Below are positions 38,321 to 47,139 of a stretch of 64,000 bases of DNA, piece after piece. Source of the stretch: Betaproteobacteria bacterium. GTDB lineage: Bacteria > Pseudomonadota > Gammaproteobacteria > Burkholderiales > SG8-41. Position numbers and translations under genes: made by a program. Each line of letters opens with the position of its first letter. Position 1 is the first letter of the stretch. Under the pieces are notes generated by a model. That model was not told the DNA's origin, searched no databases, and saw only the letters and a list, made by a program, of their open reading frames with translations. Location: contig JACPTK010000053.1 in assembly GCA_016192825.1 (NCBI GenBank), positions 2,173 to 66,172 of the forward strand, written 5' to 3'.

Positions 38321-39199
38321 TCAGTCGACGCGGGTCGCGCTCCACTTCACTTCGCCCGCGCCGTCGGGCAGCTTCATCACGCCCTGCAGGGTGTTGCCGG
38401 AGACGCGCCCGGTGAAGTCCCTGCGCACGGTGCCGCTCGTGCCGGTGATTTCGTGTATCGAGAAGCTGATCCGGTCGCCCTGCAGCTTCACGTCGCGCAG
38501 TTGCCCCATCTTGCCGTCGAGCCGGGCAAGACCCTCTACCTGTTGGTACTGCTGGCGCAGCGCGAGCTCGTAGTTCCTCGGTCCAGGACCCGAAACGCTC
38601 CACCGCCACGTGCCCTCCACCGGAGCCGGCACGATCCACAGGTAGGCCGTGCGCCCTTCGACGTTGGCGGTCTGGTCGGGCTGCCAGTCGTCCATGCTGA
38701 AGGCGTGCGATACCACGCGCGTGCCCGGCTTCATCCGCAGGATCGTCGGCCGGAGCTTCACGTTGAGGCTCGGCAGGAGGTAGAGCGTGAGGACGGTGGC
38801 CCGGGTGAAATCGGTCTCGAAGATGTCGCCGCGGATGAATTTTACCTTGTCGGCGACGCCCTCCTTGGCGGCGGCGCGCTCGGAGAGGGCGACCATATCG
38901 GGGTTGTACTCGACGCCGAAGGCCTGGGCACCGCGCTTGGCGGCGGTGATCACGGTGCGGCCATCGCCGCTGCCCAGATCGTAGTGGATATCGTTGGCCG
39001 TGAGCTTCGCCATGTCGAGCATGCGTTCGACCAGCGCCTGCGGCGTCGGCACCCAGATGACGTCCTTGCCTTCCTGGCCGACGTGCGGCGTGTAATCCTT
39101 GGCGGCGTTTTGCGCCGCGGCAGCCGTCGGCAGCGCGAACGCGGCGGCGGCGAGCAACGCGGCGAAAATACGGGTACCGACCAGCTTCAAGCGGTGCAT
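38321..39199 (-). CDS. Secreted class I SAM-dependent methyltransferase-like protein
   Basis: ORF 38321..39265 trimmed to ATG 39199 (GGAGAG upstream). It has a signal peptide (MHRLKLVGTRIFAALLAAAAFALPTAAAAQ) and the SAM motif YDLGSGDGR. Confidence 0.65.
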   Translation of the reverse strand: MHRLKLVGTRIFAALLAAAAFALPTAAAAQNAAKDYTPHVGQEGKDVIWVPTPQALVERMLDMAKLTANDIHYDLGSGDGRTVITAAKRGAQAFGVEYNPDMVALSERAAAKEGVADKVKFIRGDIFETDFTRATVLTLYLLPSLNVKLRPTILRMKPGTRVVSHAFSMDDWQPDQTANVEGRTAYLWIVPAPVEGTWRWSVSGPGPRNYELALRQQYQQVEGLARLDGKMGQLRDVKLQGDRISFSIHEITGTSGTVRRDFTGRVSGNTLQGVMKLPDGAGEVKWSATRVD

Positions 39200-39276
39200 G
39201 AGACTCTCCGTGGTGAGTTGCGAAAGGATGGGGGATTTGCCGATTAACGTTCCGCGGGCGGCCATCGATTATTGTG

Positions 39277-39440
39277 GAACCGGTGGATAAACCGGTTCCG
39301 CTCCGTACATTTCCCCTCGCCCCTCGATCCCCTCATCCCTTCCCCTTCTCCCAAGTGGAGAAGGGGAAGCTCGAGCCTCCCCTCTCCGCTCGGGAGAGGG
39401 GCGGGGGTGAGGGATGGAGGGGGAAGGGGTGAGGGTCGAG
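39277..39440. repeat. Composite REP/MITE-like element
   Basis: The hairpin GGAACCGG-tggataa-ACCGGTTCC is followed by GTACATTTCCCCTCGCCCC...GGGGAAGGGGTGAGGGT, with a nested CCCCTCTCCGCTCGGGAGAGGGGCGGGGGTGAGGG unit. The architecture matches the D-loop inserts of the tRNA-Phe pseudo-copies. Confidence 0.7.
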
Positions 39441-39563
39441 CGGCGGCAGGCATTTTCACAAAGCTCGCTAGTTTACAGCACGTGTCCGCGGCCTATTCCC
39501 GCGGGCACAATCTACGGGAGGAGCGGGACCGCTGAAGACCAGTCACCCGTCACGAGCCACCAG

Positions 39564-40778
39564 TCACGGCTTCTTGAGGCGGCCGTCCGCGGTGACGCCG
39601 CCGGCGATCATCGCCTCGATCTCGGCGTCGTCGTAGCCGATCTCGCGCAGGATCTCGGCGCTTTGCTGGCCGAGCTTGGGCGCCGGGTTCCACTCCCGGC
39701 GCGCGCCGGAAGACCACCGGTTCGGCAGGCCGATGACCCGCGTTTTGCCCTCGGTGGGGTGGTCCTTCAGCTCGAAGAGACCGACCTCCTTGAGGTGCGG
39801 GTCCTCGAGCAGGCTGTCGAGCGAGTTGTAAGCCATGGCGGGCACGTCCAGGCGGTCGAAGATCGCCAGCCACTCGGCGGTGGTCTTCTCCTTCATTGCG
39901 TCCATGCGGACCTGGAAGTACTCCTTCACGTGGGCAAAGCGCGCCGGGACGTTGCAGAAGCGCGGATCGGTCTTCAGCTCCGGCCGCCCGATTGCTTCGA
40001 AGAACGCGAACGCCTGGGCGTCGGTGTTGGCCGACATGCAGATCCAGCCGTCCTTGGTGGGGATCGGCCGGTTGCTGGCGTCGAGGATGCGCGGGTCGCC
40101 GGTCCCGCCGAGCGGCGGCTCGAAGGTCTTGAGGTACATGTGCTCCTCGAGCACGAACTTGGCCAGGTTCTCGAACATCGGGATCTCGATCGAGCAGCCT
40201 TCTCCGGTGCGCTCGCGGCGGTAGAGCGCCATCGCGATCATCTGCACCGCGATCAATCCCACCACCTTGTCGGCGACCACCATCGGCACGAAGCGCGGCT
40301 CGCCCGTCGTGATGTGGTTGAGCGCGGCCATGCCGCCCACGCCCTGGATGATGGTGTCGTAGGCCGGCTTGTCGCGGTAGCGGCCCGCCTGCCCGAAGCC
40401 GAACAGGCCGCAGTAGACGATCTTCGGGTTGATCCGTCGCACGTCCTCGTAGGCGAGCTTCATGCGCGCCATCGAGGCCGGCCGGTTGTTCCAGATCATC
40501 ACGTCCGCGCGCTCGAGCAGCCGCATCAGCGCCGCATGCCCCGCGGGGTGCTTGAGATCGAGCACGATGCTGCGCTTGTTGCGGTTGAGATGGAGGAACT
40601 TGGCGCCCATCCCGGGCGTTACCGACCTGCCGTTCATCACGCGCACGAGATCGCCCGCCTTCGACTCCACCTTGATCACGTCGGCGCCGTGATCGGCGAG
40701 AATCTGGGTGCAGAGCGGCCCCACCACCACCGAGGTGAGGTCGATGACGCGCACGCCTTCGAGCGGGCCGCCCGCCAC
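39564..40778 (-). CDS. Family III CoA-transferase (CaiB/BaiF type)
   Basis: ORF 39564..40868 trimmed to GTG 40778 (GGAG upstream). PLEGVRVIDLTSVVVGPLCTQILADHGADVIKVE is the typical N-terminus. Confidence 0.85.
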   Translation of the reverse strand: MAGGPLEGVRVIDLTSVVVGPLCTQILADHGADVIKVESKAGDLVRVMNGRSVTPGMGAKFLHLNRNKRSIVLDLKHPAGHAALMRLLERADVMIWNNRPASMARMKLAYEDVRRINPKIVYCGLFGFGQAGRYRDKPAYDTIIQGVGGMAALNHITTGEPRFVPMVVADKVVGLIAVQMIAMALYRRERTGEGCSIEIPMFENLAKFVLEEHMYLKTFEPPLGGTGDPRILDASNRPIPTKDGWICMSANTDAQAFAFFEAIGRPELKTDPRFCNVPARFAHVKEYFQVRMDAMKEKTTAEWLAIFDRLDVPAMAYNSLDSLLEDPHLKEVGLFELKDHPTEGKTRVIGLPNRWSSGARREWNPAPKLGQQSAEILREIGYDDAEIEAMIAGGVTADGRLKKP

Positions 40779-40789
40779 GCCTACGCTCC

Positions 40790-40824
40790 AGTGCCGAGTG
40801 CTGAGGACTGAGTGCCGAGTGTCA
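40790..40824. repeat. Heptamer tandem array (AGTGCCG AGTGCTG AGGACTG AGTGCCG AGTGTCA)
   Basis: Read directly. It fills the spacer between two minus-strand genes and covers the upstream gene's stop codon. A related array lies at 39541-39568. Confidence 0.8.
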
Positions 40825-41673
40825 CCGGAATTCAGCCTCCGCGGTGAGGGCCAGCGCGCCATCGGCATTCAGCGCCCAGAGCTTGGCCGACTTATTGTCG
40901 GCCGAGGGTTCGCCGCCGAAGGTGATCGGCTGGTTCACGAACAGCGCGCGCACGTTGCGCGAGGTGATGTGGCGCATCGGCGTGGAGGCGCGGGTGCGCG
41001 CCAGCTCGAACACGAGCAGCGTGGTGAGGCCGCCGTTCATGATCAGGTCCGGATAGCCCTCGGTCTGGGTCACGTACGGCTTGTCGTAATGAATGCGGTG
41101 GCCGTTGAAGGTGAGGGCGGAGTAGCGGAACAGCATCACCGGGTCGGGCGTCACGACGCGGCTCCATACCGCCTTTCCCGGCGCCGGCTGCGGCGGCTGG
41201 GGCGGCGTGCCGGGCGCCGGCGCCTCGCGGTAGACGACGTCCTGCTCCTCGGTGATCGCGAGGCCGCGCGGGCTCGTGATGTCGGTTTTGATCGTCACGA
41301 ACACCATCTGCCCGGTGCGGCCCTGCTTGATGGTGACGTCCTTGATGACGGAATCGCGGCGCACGGCGTCGCCCACCTGTAGATCCGCGTGAAACGTGGT
41401 GCGCTTGCCGGCGAACATGCGCCGCGGCAGCGGCACCGGCGGCAGGAAATCGCCGCGCTGCGGGTGGCCGTCGGGCCCGATCTGCGAGTGGCGCACCACG
41501 CGCGGGAACAGGATCTGGTGCCAGCCGATCGGCAGGGGGTCGCCCATATTCGGCATCGGGTCATCGCGATCGAGCGTCGCGGCGAGCCGGTGCACCGCCG
41601 GCACGGTGACGTAGTCGAGGTCCGACTCCTTGCTGCCGATCCATTGCTTCAGTTGTTCGAGGTCTGCGCCCAT
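40822..41673 (-). CDS. MaoC-like (hot-dog fold) acyl-CoA hydratase
   Basis: 283 aa with a double hot-dog layout. The pattern is PLPIGWHQILFP...FAGKRTTFHADLQVGD. Confidence 0.65.
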   Translation of the reverse strand: MGADLEQLKQWIGSKESDLDYVTVPAVHRLAATLDRDDPMPNMGDPLPIGWHQILFPRVVRHSQIGPDGHPQRGDFLPPVPLPRRMFAGKRTTFHADLQVGDAVRRDSVIKDVTIKQGRTGQMVFVTIKTDITSPRGLAITEEQDVVYREAPAPGTPPQPPQPAPGKAVWSRVVTPDPVMLFRYSALTFNGHRIHYDKPYVTQTEGYPDLIMNGGLTTLLVFELARTRASTPMRHITSRNVRALFVNQPITFGGEPSADNKSAKLWALNADGALALTAEAEFR

Positions 41674-41709
41674 ATGAATGTCCCTTGATCGGGCAACGCC
41701 TTTCCCTGT

Positions 41710-42717
41710 TTAATTGACACGCGCGCCGGACCGCATTATGACGTCGCCCCATTTCACCAACTCGCGCTTGAGATAGGCGCTGAATTGCTCCGGCGTCCCG
41801 CCTACCGGCTCCGCGCCGTAATTCATCAGGCGCTGTCGGGTTTCGGGTGATGACAGCGCCTTGACCGCTTCGCGGTGCAGCCGGCCGATGATGTCCCGCG
41901 GCGTACCTGCGGGCACCACCAGCGCAGTCCACGAAGTTGACTCGGCCGCGGCAAAACCGGCCTCCGCCAACGTCGGCACTTCGGGCAGGGCGGTAGAACG
42001 CTGCGCCGTCGTCACCGCCAGCGCACGCAGACGGTTGGCGCGCACCTGCGGGACCGTCGAGGGTATGCCGTTGAAGAAAGCCTGCACGTGACCGCCGATC
42101 AGATCGTTCAATCCTGGGGTTCCCCCCTTGTAGGGAACGTGCACGACATCGATGCCCGCGACGGACTTGAAGAGCTCCATCGTGAGATGCGAACCCGTGC
42201 CGCTTCCCGCCGAAGCGTAGTTGACCGCGCCGGGCTTGGCCTTGGCGAGGGTTATGAAATCGCGCACCGATTGCGCCGGAACGGCAGGGTGGACGATGAG
42301 AACGTAGGCCGAAGCGGCGAGCTGCGTCACGGGCGCGAAATCACGCACGGGATCGTAGCCGAGCTTCTTGTACAGGTTGGGGCTGATCGCGAGATTGCCG
42401 ATGGTCCCCATCAGCAACGTATAACCGTCGGCCGCGGACCGCGCCACTATTTCGGTGCCGAGTATGCCGCCGGAGCCCGGGCGATTGTCCACCACGATCT
42501 GCTGGCCCAGCGAGTCGCTCATTTTCTGCGCGACCGAGCGCGCCACGAGGTCGGTGGAGCCGCCCATCCCGTTCGGCACGATAAAGCGGACCGGCTTCAC
42601 CGGATAAGACGCGGCATGTCCCGGCGAGGCGAACGCCAGGCCAGAGCACAGCAGCAACAATGCCAACGCCGCGCGGCGCTGGCAGGCGTGATGGTTTTTC
42701 TCTGCAAATTCAGGCAT
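41710..42717 (-). CDS. Bug-family (TctC-like) periplasmic substrate-binding protein
   Basis: 335 aa with a signal peptide. YPVKPVRFIVPNGMGGSTD and NYASAGSGTGSHL are Bug motifs. Confidence 0.85.
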   Translation of the reverse strand: MPEFAEKNHHACQRRAALALLLLCSGLAFASPGHAASYPVKPVRFIVPNGMGGSTDLVARSVAQKMSDSLGQQIVVDNRPGSGGILGTEIVARSAADGYTLLMGTIGNLAISPNLYKKLGYDPVRDFAPVTQLAASAYVLIVHPAVPAQSVRDFITLAKAKPGAVNYASAGSGTGSHLTMELFKSVAGIDVVHVPYKGGTPGLNDLIGGHVQAFFNGIPSTVPQVRANRLRALAVTTAQRSTALPEVPTLAEAGFAAAESTSWTALVVPAGTPRDIIGRLHREAVKALSSPETRQRLMNYGAEPVGGTPEQFSAYLKRELVKWGDVIMRSGARVN

Positions 42718-43946
42718 CAGTTTAACCCATGATAGTTAACGTTGACCCAAGACCGTGTGCCGACCGACTGCTCCGCGGCGTCCCAAATGTAATGGATTTT
42801 CAGCTTATCGCGAAAGCTCGGCGCGCATTCGTGCCCGTTGTGGATGGCCCGCGCCAGACCGGTCCACATCTGGGCGACCGCAAACGCGGCCCTCGAACGG
42901 TCGATGTTGCGCACGGTGACGTGGTGGTCGGGAACGTCGATCTCCGTGAACTGCCGCTGCAGCCGCTCGGGAGCCGTGGGTTCGGCGATGAGCTTCTCCA
43001 CGTCCACCCGCGTCCCGTAGAGCCGGGATTCGCCTCGCGTTGGATCGCCGGCGCCGCGGCGCTTGTCCCAAAGACCCGGCGTATCGCCAGAGGCGAGCAT
43101 GACCATCCCCTCGGTGCCGTAAACCTCAAAGCGGTTGCCGGTGCCGGACCAGGCCGTGAACGACGTCTGCATCGTGCCCATTGCTCCGTTCTGCATGCGC
43201 AGCAGGTAGTTCATGTTATCTACCTGGTTACTCGCGATCGTGCCGCTGGTGTCAACGGCACGCCGCTCAGGGACCTGCACTGCCATGTCCGCGCAGATCC
43301 GCTCAACGTCGGAACCCAGAACGGCCAGCACGCGCTCCAGGCTGTGCCCACTGCGGTAGCCAGGGTGGCCGCCCATGTCTGACTGGAATAGCCATTGCCG
43401 GTGCGACGGCCGCGGTGTGATGTAGTTGGCGACGAAATAGCTGTGCGAAAAAGCCAGCGGCCTGCCGATGTAACCGCCGCGCACCAGTTCCGTCATGTGC
43501 AGGGCGGCGGGCTCGTAATGACTCTGGTGGCCAATCACGGTGCGCACCCCCTTGCGCTCGGCGAGTTCCTGCATCTCTCGCGCCTGCTCCGTGCTGATGC
43601 CAAGCGGCTGCTCGCAATACACGTGCTTGCCCGTCCTGAGAGCGGCCATGACGACCGCGTGATGGTAGAGCGGCCGCACGCTGCAGCATACGATGTCGAG
43701 GTGCGGCAGCGCACCGAGCATGCGCTCGACGCTGTCGAACGCGTGCGGCACCGAGAAATGGGCGGCCGCCGTCCGGGCCGTCTCCATCCGGGCCGTACAC
43801 ACCGCTTCCACCTCGAACAGATCGGACAGCGCCCTGAGTGCCGGCAAGTGCGCGCGCACGGCCCAGCCTTCGCGGCCGTCCGGGCTGCCCTTGATTCCCG
43901 TGCCGACGACAGCCACCTTGAGTTTGCGTGGTCCGGCCACCCTCAT
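42717..43946 (-). CDS. Gfo/Idh/MocA-family oxidoreductase
   Basis: ORF 42717..44120 trimmed to ATG 43946. KLKVAVVGTGIKG is the Rossmann start. TGATG overlap with the downstream Bug gene. Confidence 0.7.
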   Translation of the reverse strand: MRVAGPRKLKVAVVGTGIKGSPDGREGWAVRAHLPALRALSDLFEVEAVCTARMETARTAAAHFSVPHAFDSVERMLGALPHLDIVCCSVRPLYHHAVVMAALRTGKHVYCEQPLGISTEQAREMQELAERKGVRTVIGHQSHYEPAALHMTELVRGGYIGRPLAFSHSYFVANYITPRPSHRQWLFQSDMGGHPGYRSGHSLERVLAVLGSDVERICADMAVQVPERRAVDTSGTIASNQVDNMNYLLRMQNGAMGTMQTSFTAWSGTGNRFEVYGTEGMVMLASGDTPGLWDKRRGAGDPTRGESRLYGTRVDVEKLIAEPTAPERLQRQFTEIDVPDHHVTVRNIDRSRAAFAVAQMWTGLARAIHNGHECAPSFRDKLKIHYIWDAAEQSVGTRSWVNVNYHGLN

Positions 43947-44241
43947 TTCCCCTGCGGCGCCGCGCCGCCCATGTCCCTCACGCACTGCGTGACGATGCGC
44001 CCAAGGCCGAGGGGTTCGATCGAGCCGGCTTGCATGACGCCGAGGCCGTCGAGCGTAACCTGTTTCGCCATATCGACTGCCGGCCGCGGCAGGTCGTCGT
44101 AGCGCACGCCGAGCAGTCATACCAAAACTTTCGGAGCCTCATGAATCCCTCTGAGTTTGAGTTATACGCGCCGGCGTTGCGATCGAGGATTATGCCATCA
44201 GTGGGCGATTTCCGAATGAGTGTATAGAATGTCCCGCCAGC

Positions 44242-44511
44242 ATGGAAAAGTCACGAGACACTCTTTCGCTCAACGAGGGGCAGGCTCGATACATCCTGAT
44301 CGACCCGGCCTTGCGTGATGCCGGCTGGAATCTGGATGACCGCACGCAAGTAGGTTTTGAAGTTCCCGTCGATGGCTACGACGCCGAACCCTGGAACGGG
44401 GTAACCGACTACGTGCTCCACGATCCGAGCGGAAATGTCCTCGCTGTCGTTGAGGCCAAACGCTGCTCGCGCAATCCGGAAGAAACGGCTTGCGACGGAC
44501 CCCTTAGTTAG
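44242..44511 (+). pseudogene. N-terminal fragment of a type I restriction HsdR-like protein
   Basis: Only 89 aa. NEGQARYILIDPALRDAGW...DYVLHDPSGNVLAVVEAKR is the HsdR N-terminal nuclease-domain pattern. No helicase part follows. Confidence 0.55.
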
Positions 44512-44553
44512 TCTAATCTAGTCTGAACGGGTCTAAATCGAGGGAGGTGCGCC

Positions 44554-44826
44554 ATGCGCGAAATCGGGGCCTATGAGGCCAAGACACATCTGCCTAAACT
44601 ACTCGAACGGGTGGAGAAGGGCGAGCGTTTTATCATCACCCGACACGGCCGCCCCGTGGCCGAGCTTGCGCCGGTCGGCAAGCGGGACGGGGACAGCATC
44701 CGGCGCGCAATCGGAGACTTGCGTTCTTTCAGGGACGAACTGGCGCGCCGCGGGGTGGGGGTGCGCGATCTTCTGCGCAAGGGTGAAACCGTGCGCGACC
44801 TGGCCCACAAGGGGCATCGCTACTGA
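44554..44826 (+). CDS. Phd/YefM-type antitoxin
   Basis: 90 aa, N-terminus MREIGAYEAKTHLPKLLERVEKGERFIITRHGRPVAEL. TGATG overlap with the PIN gene. Confidence 0.85.
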   Translation: MREIGAYEAKTHLPKLLERVEKGERFIITRHGRPVAELAPVGKRDGDSIRRAIGDLRSFRDELARRGVGVRDLLRKGETVRDLAHKGHRY

Positions 44827-45233
44827 TGGCGTTCGTGCTGGACTGTTCGGTGGCGCTTGCCTGGGTCTTGCCGGACGAAGGCAGCACGTACGCGGACGCG
44901 CTCCTTGATCGCCTGGTTGCGGAGGGCGCCGTAGTGCCCCCGGTCTGGCCGCTCGAGGTGGGCAACGTCCTGCTCGCCGCGCTGCGCCAGCGCCGCATCC
45001 GGCAAACCGAACTTGAACCGATAATCGAGCGGCTCGGGCGCCTGCCCATCGAGGTGGATATCGGCGCGACCGATCATGCACTTGCAGGTGTCCTGGTGCT
45101 TGCCGGGCAGCATGGCTTGACCACCTACGATGCATCCTATCTCGATCTGGCCCAGCGCCGGCAATTGCCGCTGGCCACCCTGGACAAGCAGTTGCGGGCC
45201 GCCTGCCGCGCGGCGAAAGTCGAGGTGTTGTGA
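44826..45233 (+). CDS. vapC: PIN-domain toxin VapC
   Basis: 135 aa with the conserved acidic residues: FVLDCS..., ...EVGNVL, ...YDASYLDLA. Confidence 0.85.
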   Translation: MAFVLDCSVALAWVLPDEGSTYADALLDRLVAEGAVVPPVWPLEVGNVLLAALRQRRIRQTELEPIIERLGRLPIEVDIGATDHALAGVLVLAGQHGLTTYDASYLDLAQRRQLPLATLDKQLRAACRAAKVEVL

Positions 45234-45294
45234 CGAGCCGCAATTCGGGGTTGGCGGGCATGCGTCGAGAACACTCATCCGCAGATTGACGCAG

Positions 45295-45663
45295 ATGAAC
45301 GCCGATTTACAGAAAGCCGACGAGCAGACTTATGCGATTATTGGCGCGGCCATGGAGGCACATCGGGAACTGGGGTTCGGTTTTCTCGAAGCGGTGTACC
45401 AAGATGCGCTCGCGGTCGAGTTGGCTTCGCGGCAGATCCCCTTCCGGCGCGAGGTAACGCTTCCCGTCTTTTACAAAGGACAGAAGCTCCCCTCCAGTTA
45501 CCGTGCGGACTTCATTTGCTTTGACGAGGTGTTGGTAGAAATCAAAGCGCTTGGCCGGCTCACGGGGGTCGAGGAAGCTCAGACTATCAAGAAAGCAAAT
45601 GGCCGAACCTATCGCGGGAAAATTTGCGACTCCATGCCGGACGTAGTTCCAGCGATTGCCTGA
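45295..45663 (+). CDS. GxxExxY-family (PDDEXK-like) protein, 3' end possibly degenerate
   Basis: ORF 45130..45663 trimmed to ATG 45295. GFGFLEAVYQDAL...YRADFICFDEVLVEIKA fits the family. The C-terminus diverges from the usual ending. Confidence 0.6.
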   Translation: MNADLQKADEQTYAIIGAAMEAHRELGFGFLEAVYQDALAVELASRQIPFRREVTLPVFYKGQKLPSSYRADFICFDEVLVEIKALGRLTGVEEAQTIKKANGRTYRGKICDSMPDVVPAIA

Positions 45664-45700
45664 GGGGTCGCGCAATCCGCGACCACATCGTCGCGCGCGG

Positions 45701-46018
45701 TCAGATTCCGGTAATAAGCAGGTCCAGTGCCGCAACGATCGAATAGCGTTCGTTTGACAGATTGCCGACCCGCTCGCCGAGTATTTTTCTGGACACACCC
45801 GCGAGTTCGGGTGTCAGCATGGCCATCCTGCGGCCTTCGACCTCGAACACAGGATTAAGCCGTTCGGCCAGCTTGCCCTTGAGCACTTCGGGTTTGCACA
45901 GTGGCACGACAACCCGTGTTGTCAGAGGGTCGAGCAGGTCGGACTGAACATCGAGCAGGTAGGGGATACGATCGCGAGTGGCGGGGTTGGCGTTGCGGCA
46001 GTCGTCGAACTGCGACAT
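45701..46018 (-). CDS. ccdB: CcdB-family toxin
   Basis: 105 aa. IPYLLDVQSDLLDPLTTRVVVPL...LSNERYSIVAALDLLITGI matches the CcdB pattern. Confidence 0.8.
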   Translation of the reverse strand: MSQFDDCRNANPATRDRIPYLLDVQSDLLDPLTTRVVVPLCKPEVLKGKLAERLNPVFEVEGRRMAMLTPELAGVSRKILGERVGNLSNERYSIVAALDLLITGI

Positions 46019-46191
46019 CAGAACGAGCGCAGCACGTCGCTGAATACGCCGTGTTCTTCAATGTGCTCGTTGTAGGCGTCGAGGGCGGCGCGATTTTTTC
46101 TAAGCCATTCTTCGCGCAGGCGCTGGCGGATGGCTTCGCTCGGGTTGGCGGCTTTCTTGCGCCGGCGTGGTGTGTTGGTTCGAGTGACCAT
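46018..46191 (-). CDS. ccdA: CcdA-family antitoxin (57 aa, below the ORF-track cutoff)
   Basis: My translation is MVTRTNTPRRRKKAANPSEAIRQRLREEWLRKNRAALDAYNEHIEEHGVFSDVLRSF. W..N..A...YN..IE.HGVFSD is the CcdA signature. Its TGA overlaps the ccdB ATG. Confidence 0.75.
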   Translation of the reverse strand: MVTRTNTPRRRKKAANPSEAIRQRLREEWLRKNRAALDAYNEHIEEHGVFSDVLRSF

Positions 46192-46227
46192 GGACGGACT
46201 GTAAGCAGATCGATGCGCGCCGGGGCG

Positions 46228-47139
46228 CTATCCGCGCGCGGCGGCGAGCGTCCTTGCTTCCCGCGTCTTGATCGCCTCGTAGCGCCGGATCAGGCGCTCG
46301 GCGCGCACCACCACCGGGATGTCGATCATCTTGCCGTCGATCTGGAACGAGCCGCGCCCGGCCGCCTGCGCTTCCTTGTCCAGCTGGATCACCTTGCGGG
46401 CATAGGCGACTTCCTCGGCGCTCGGAGTGTATTCCTCGTTCACGATCTTGACCTGACCGGGGTGGATGCAGCCGGCGCCGTCGAAGCCGAAGCGGCGCGC
46501 GCGGCGCACCATCAGCCGGAACCGGTCCCAGTCGCTGAAATCCGCCACCGTGCCGATGAACCCGAGCGGCATCACGCCGGCGGCGCGCGCGGCGACGATC
46601 ATGCGCGCCTTGGGGGCGAGCAGCACCTCGTCGTCCGGCTGTGCGTTGAGATCGAGCGCGAAATCCTCGCCGCCGATGTTCATCGCCGCCACGCGCGCGC
46701 TCGCGCGCGGGATCTCGTCGATGCGCGTGAAGGCGTCCGCCGTCTCGATCATCACGATGAACTTCGTGTGCCCCGATTTCATGCCGCGCTTCTCCTCGAG
46801 CTCGGTGACGAGCTGGTCGATGAGCTTCACGTGGGAGGCGCTGTCCACCTTGGTAATGGCGATGCCGTCCACGTCGGGACAGATGCTGTGCTCGATGTCG
46901 CGCACCGCGAGCGACAGCGGCTGGTTGATGCGCACCACCACGTCCGCGCCGCCCTTCCTCACGCGCGCGGCGTTCTTCTCGACCAGCGTGCGCGCTTTCT
47001 CCTTCTCGGCGGGCGGGACGGCGTCCTCGAGGTCGAGCTGGATCACGTCCGCCGCGCGCATGTGCGCCTTCTCGACGAATTTCTCGACGTTGACCGGCAC
47101 GTAGAGCAGGGAGCGCCATACCGGCAGATCGGATTTCAT
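46228..47139 (-). CDS. HpcH/HpaI aldolase / CitE-like acyl-CoA lyase
   Basis: ORF 46228..47178 trimmed to ATG 47139 (ATGA overlap). RSLLYVPVN...DVIQLDLEDAV is the CitE-type motif. Confidence 0.8.
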   Translation of the reverse strand: MKSDLPVWRSLLYVPVNVEKFVEKAHMRAADVIQLDLEDAVPPAEKEKARTLVEKNAARVRKGGADVVVRINQPLSLAVRDIEHSICPDVDGIAITKVDSASHVKLIDQLVTELEEKRGMKSGHTKFIVMIETADAFTRIDEIPRASARVAAMNIGGEDFALDLNAQPDDEVLLAPKARMIVAARAAGVMPLGFIGTVADFSDWDRFRLMVRRARRFGFDGAGCIHPGQVKIVNEEYTPSAEEVAYARKVIQLDKEAQAAGRGSFQIDGKMIDIPVVVRAERLIRRYEAIKTREARTLAAARG

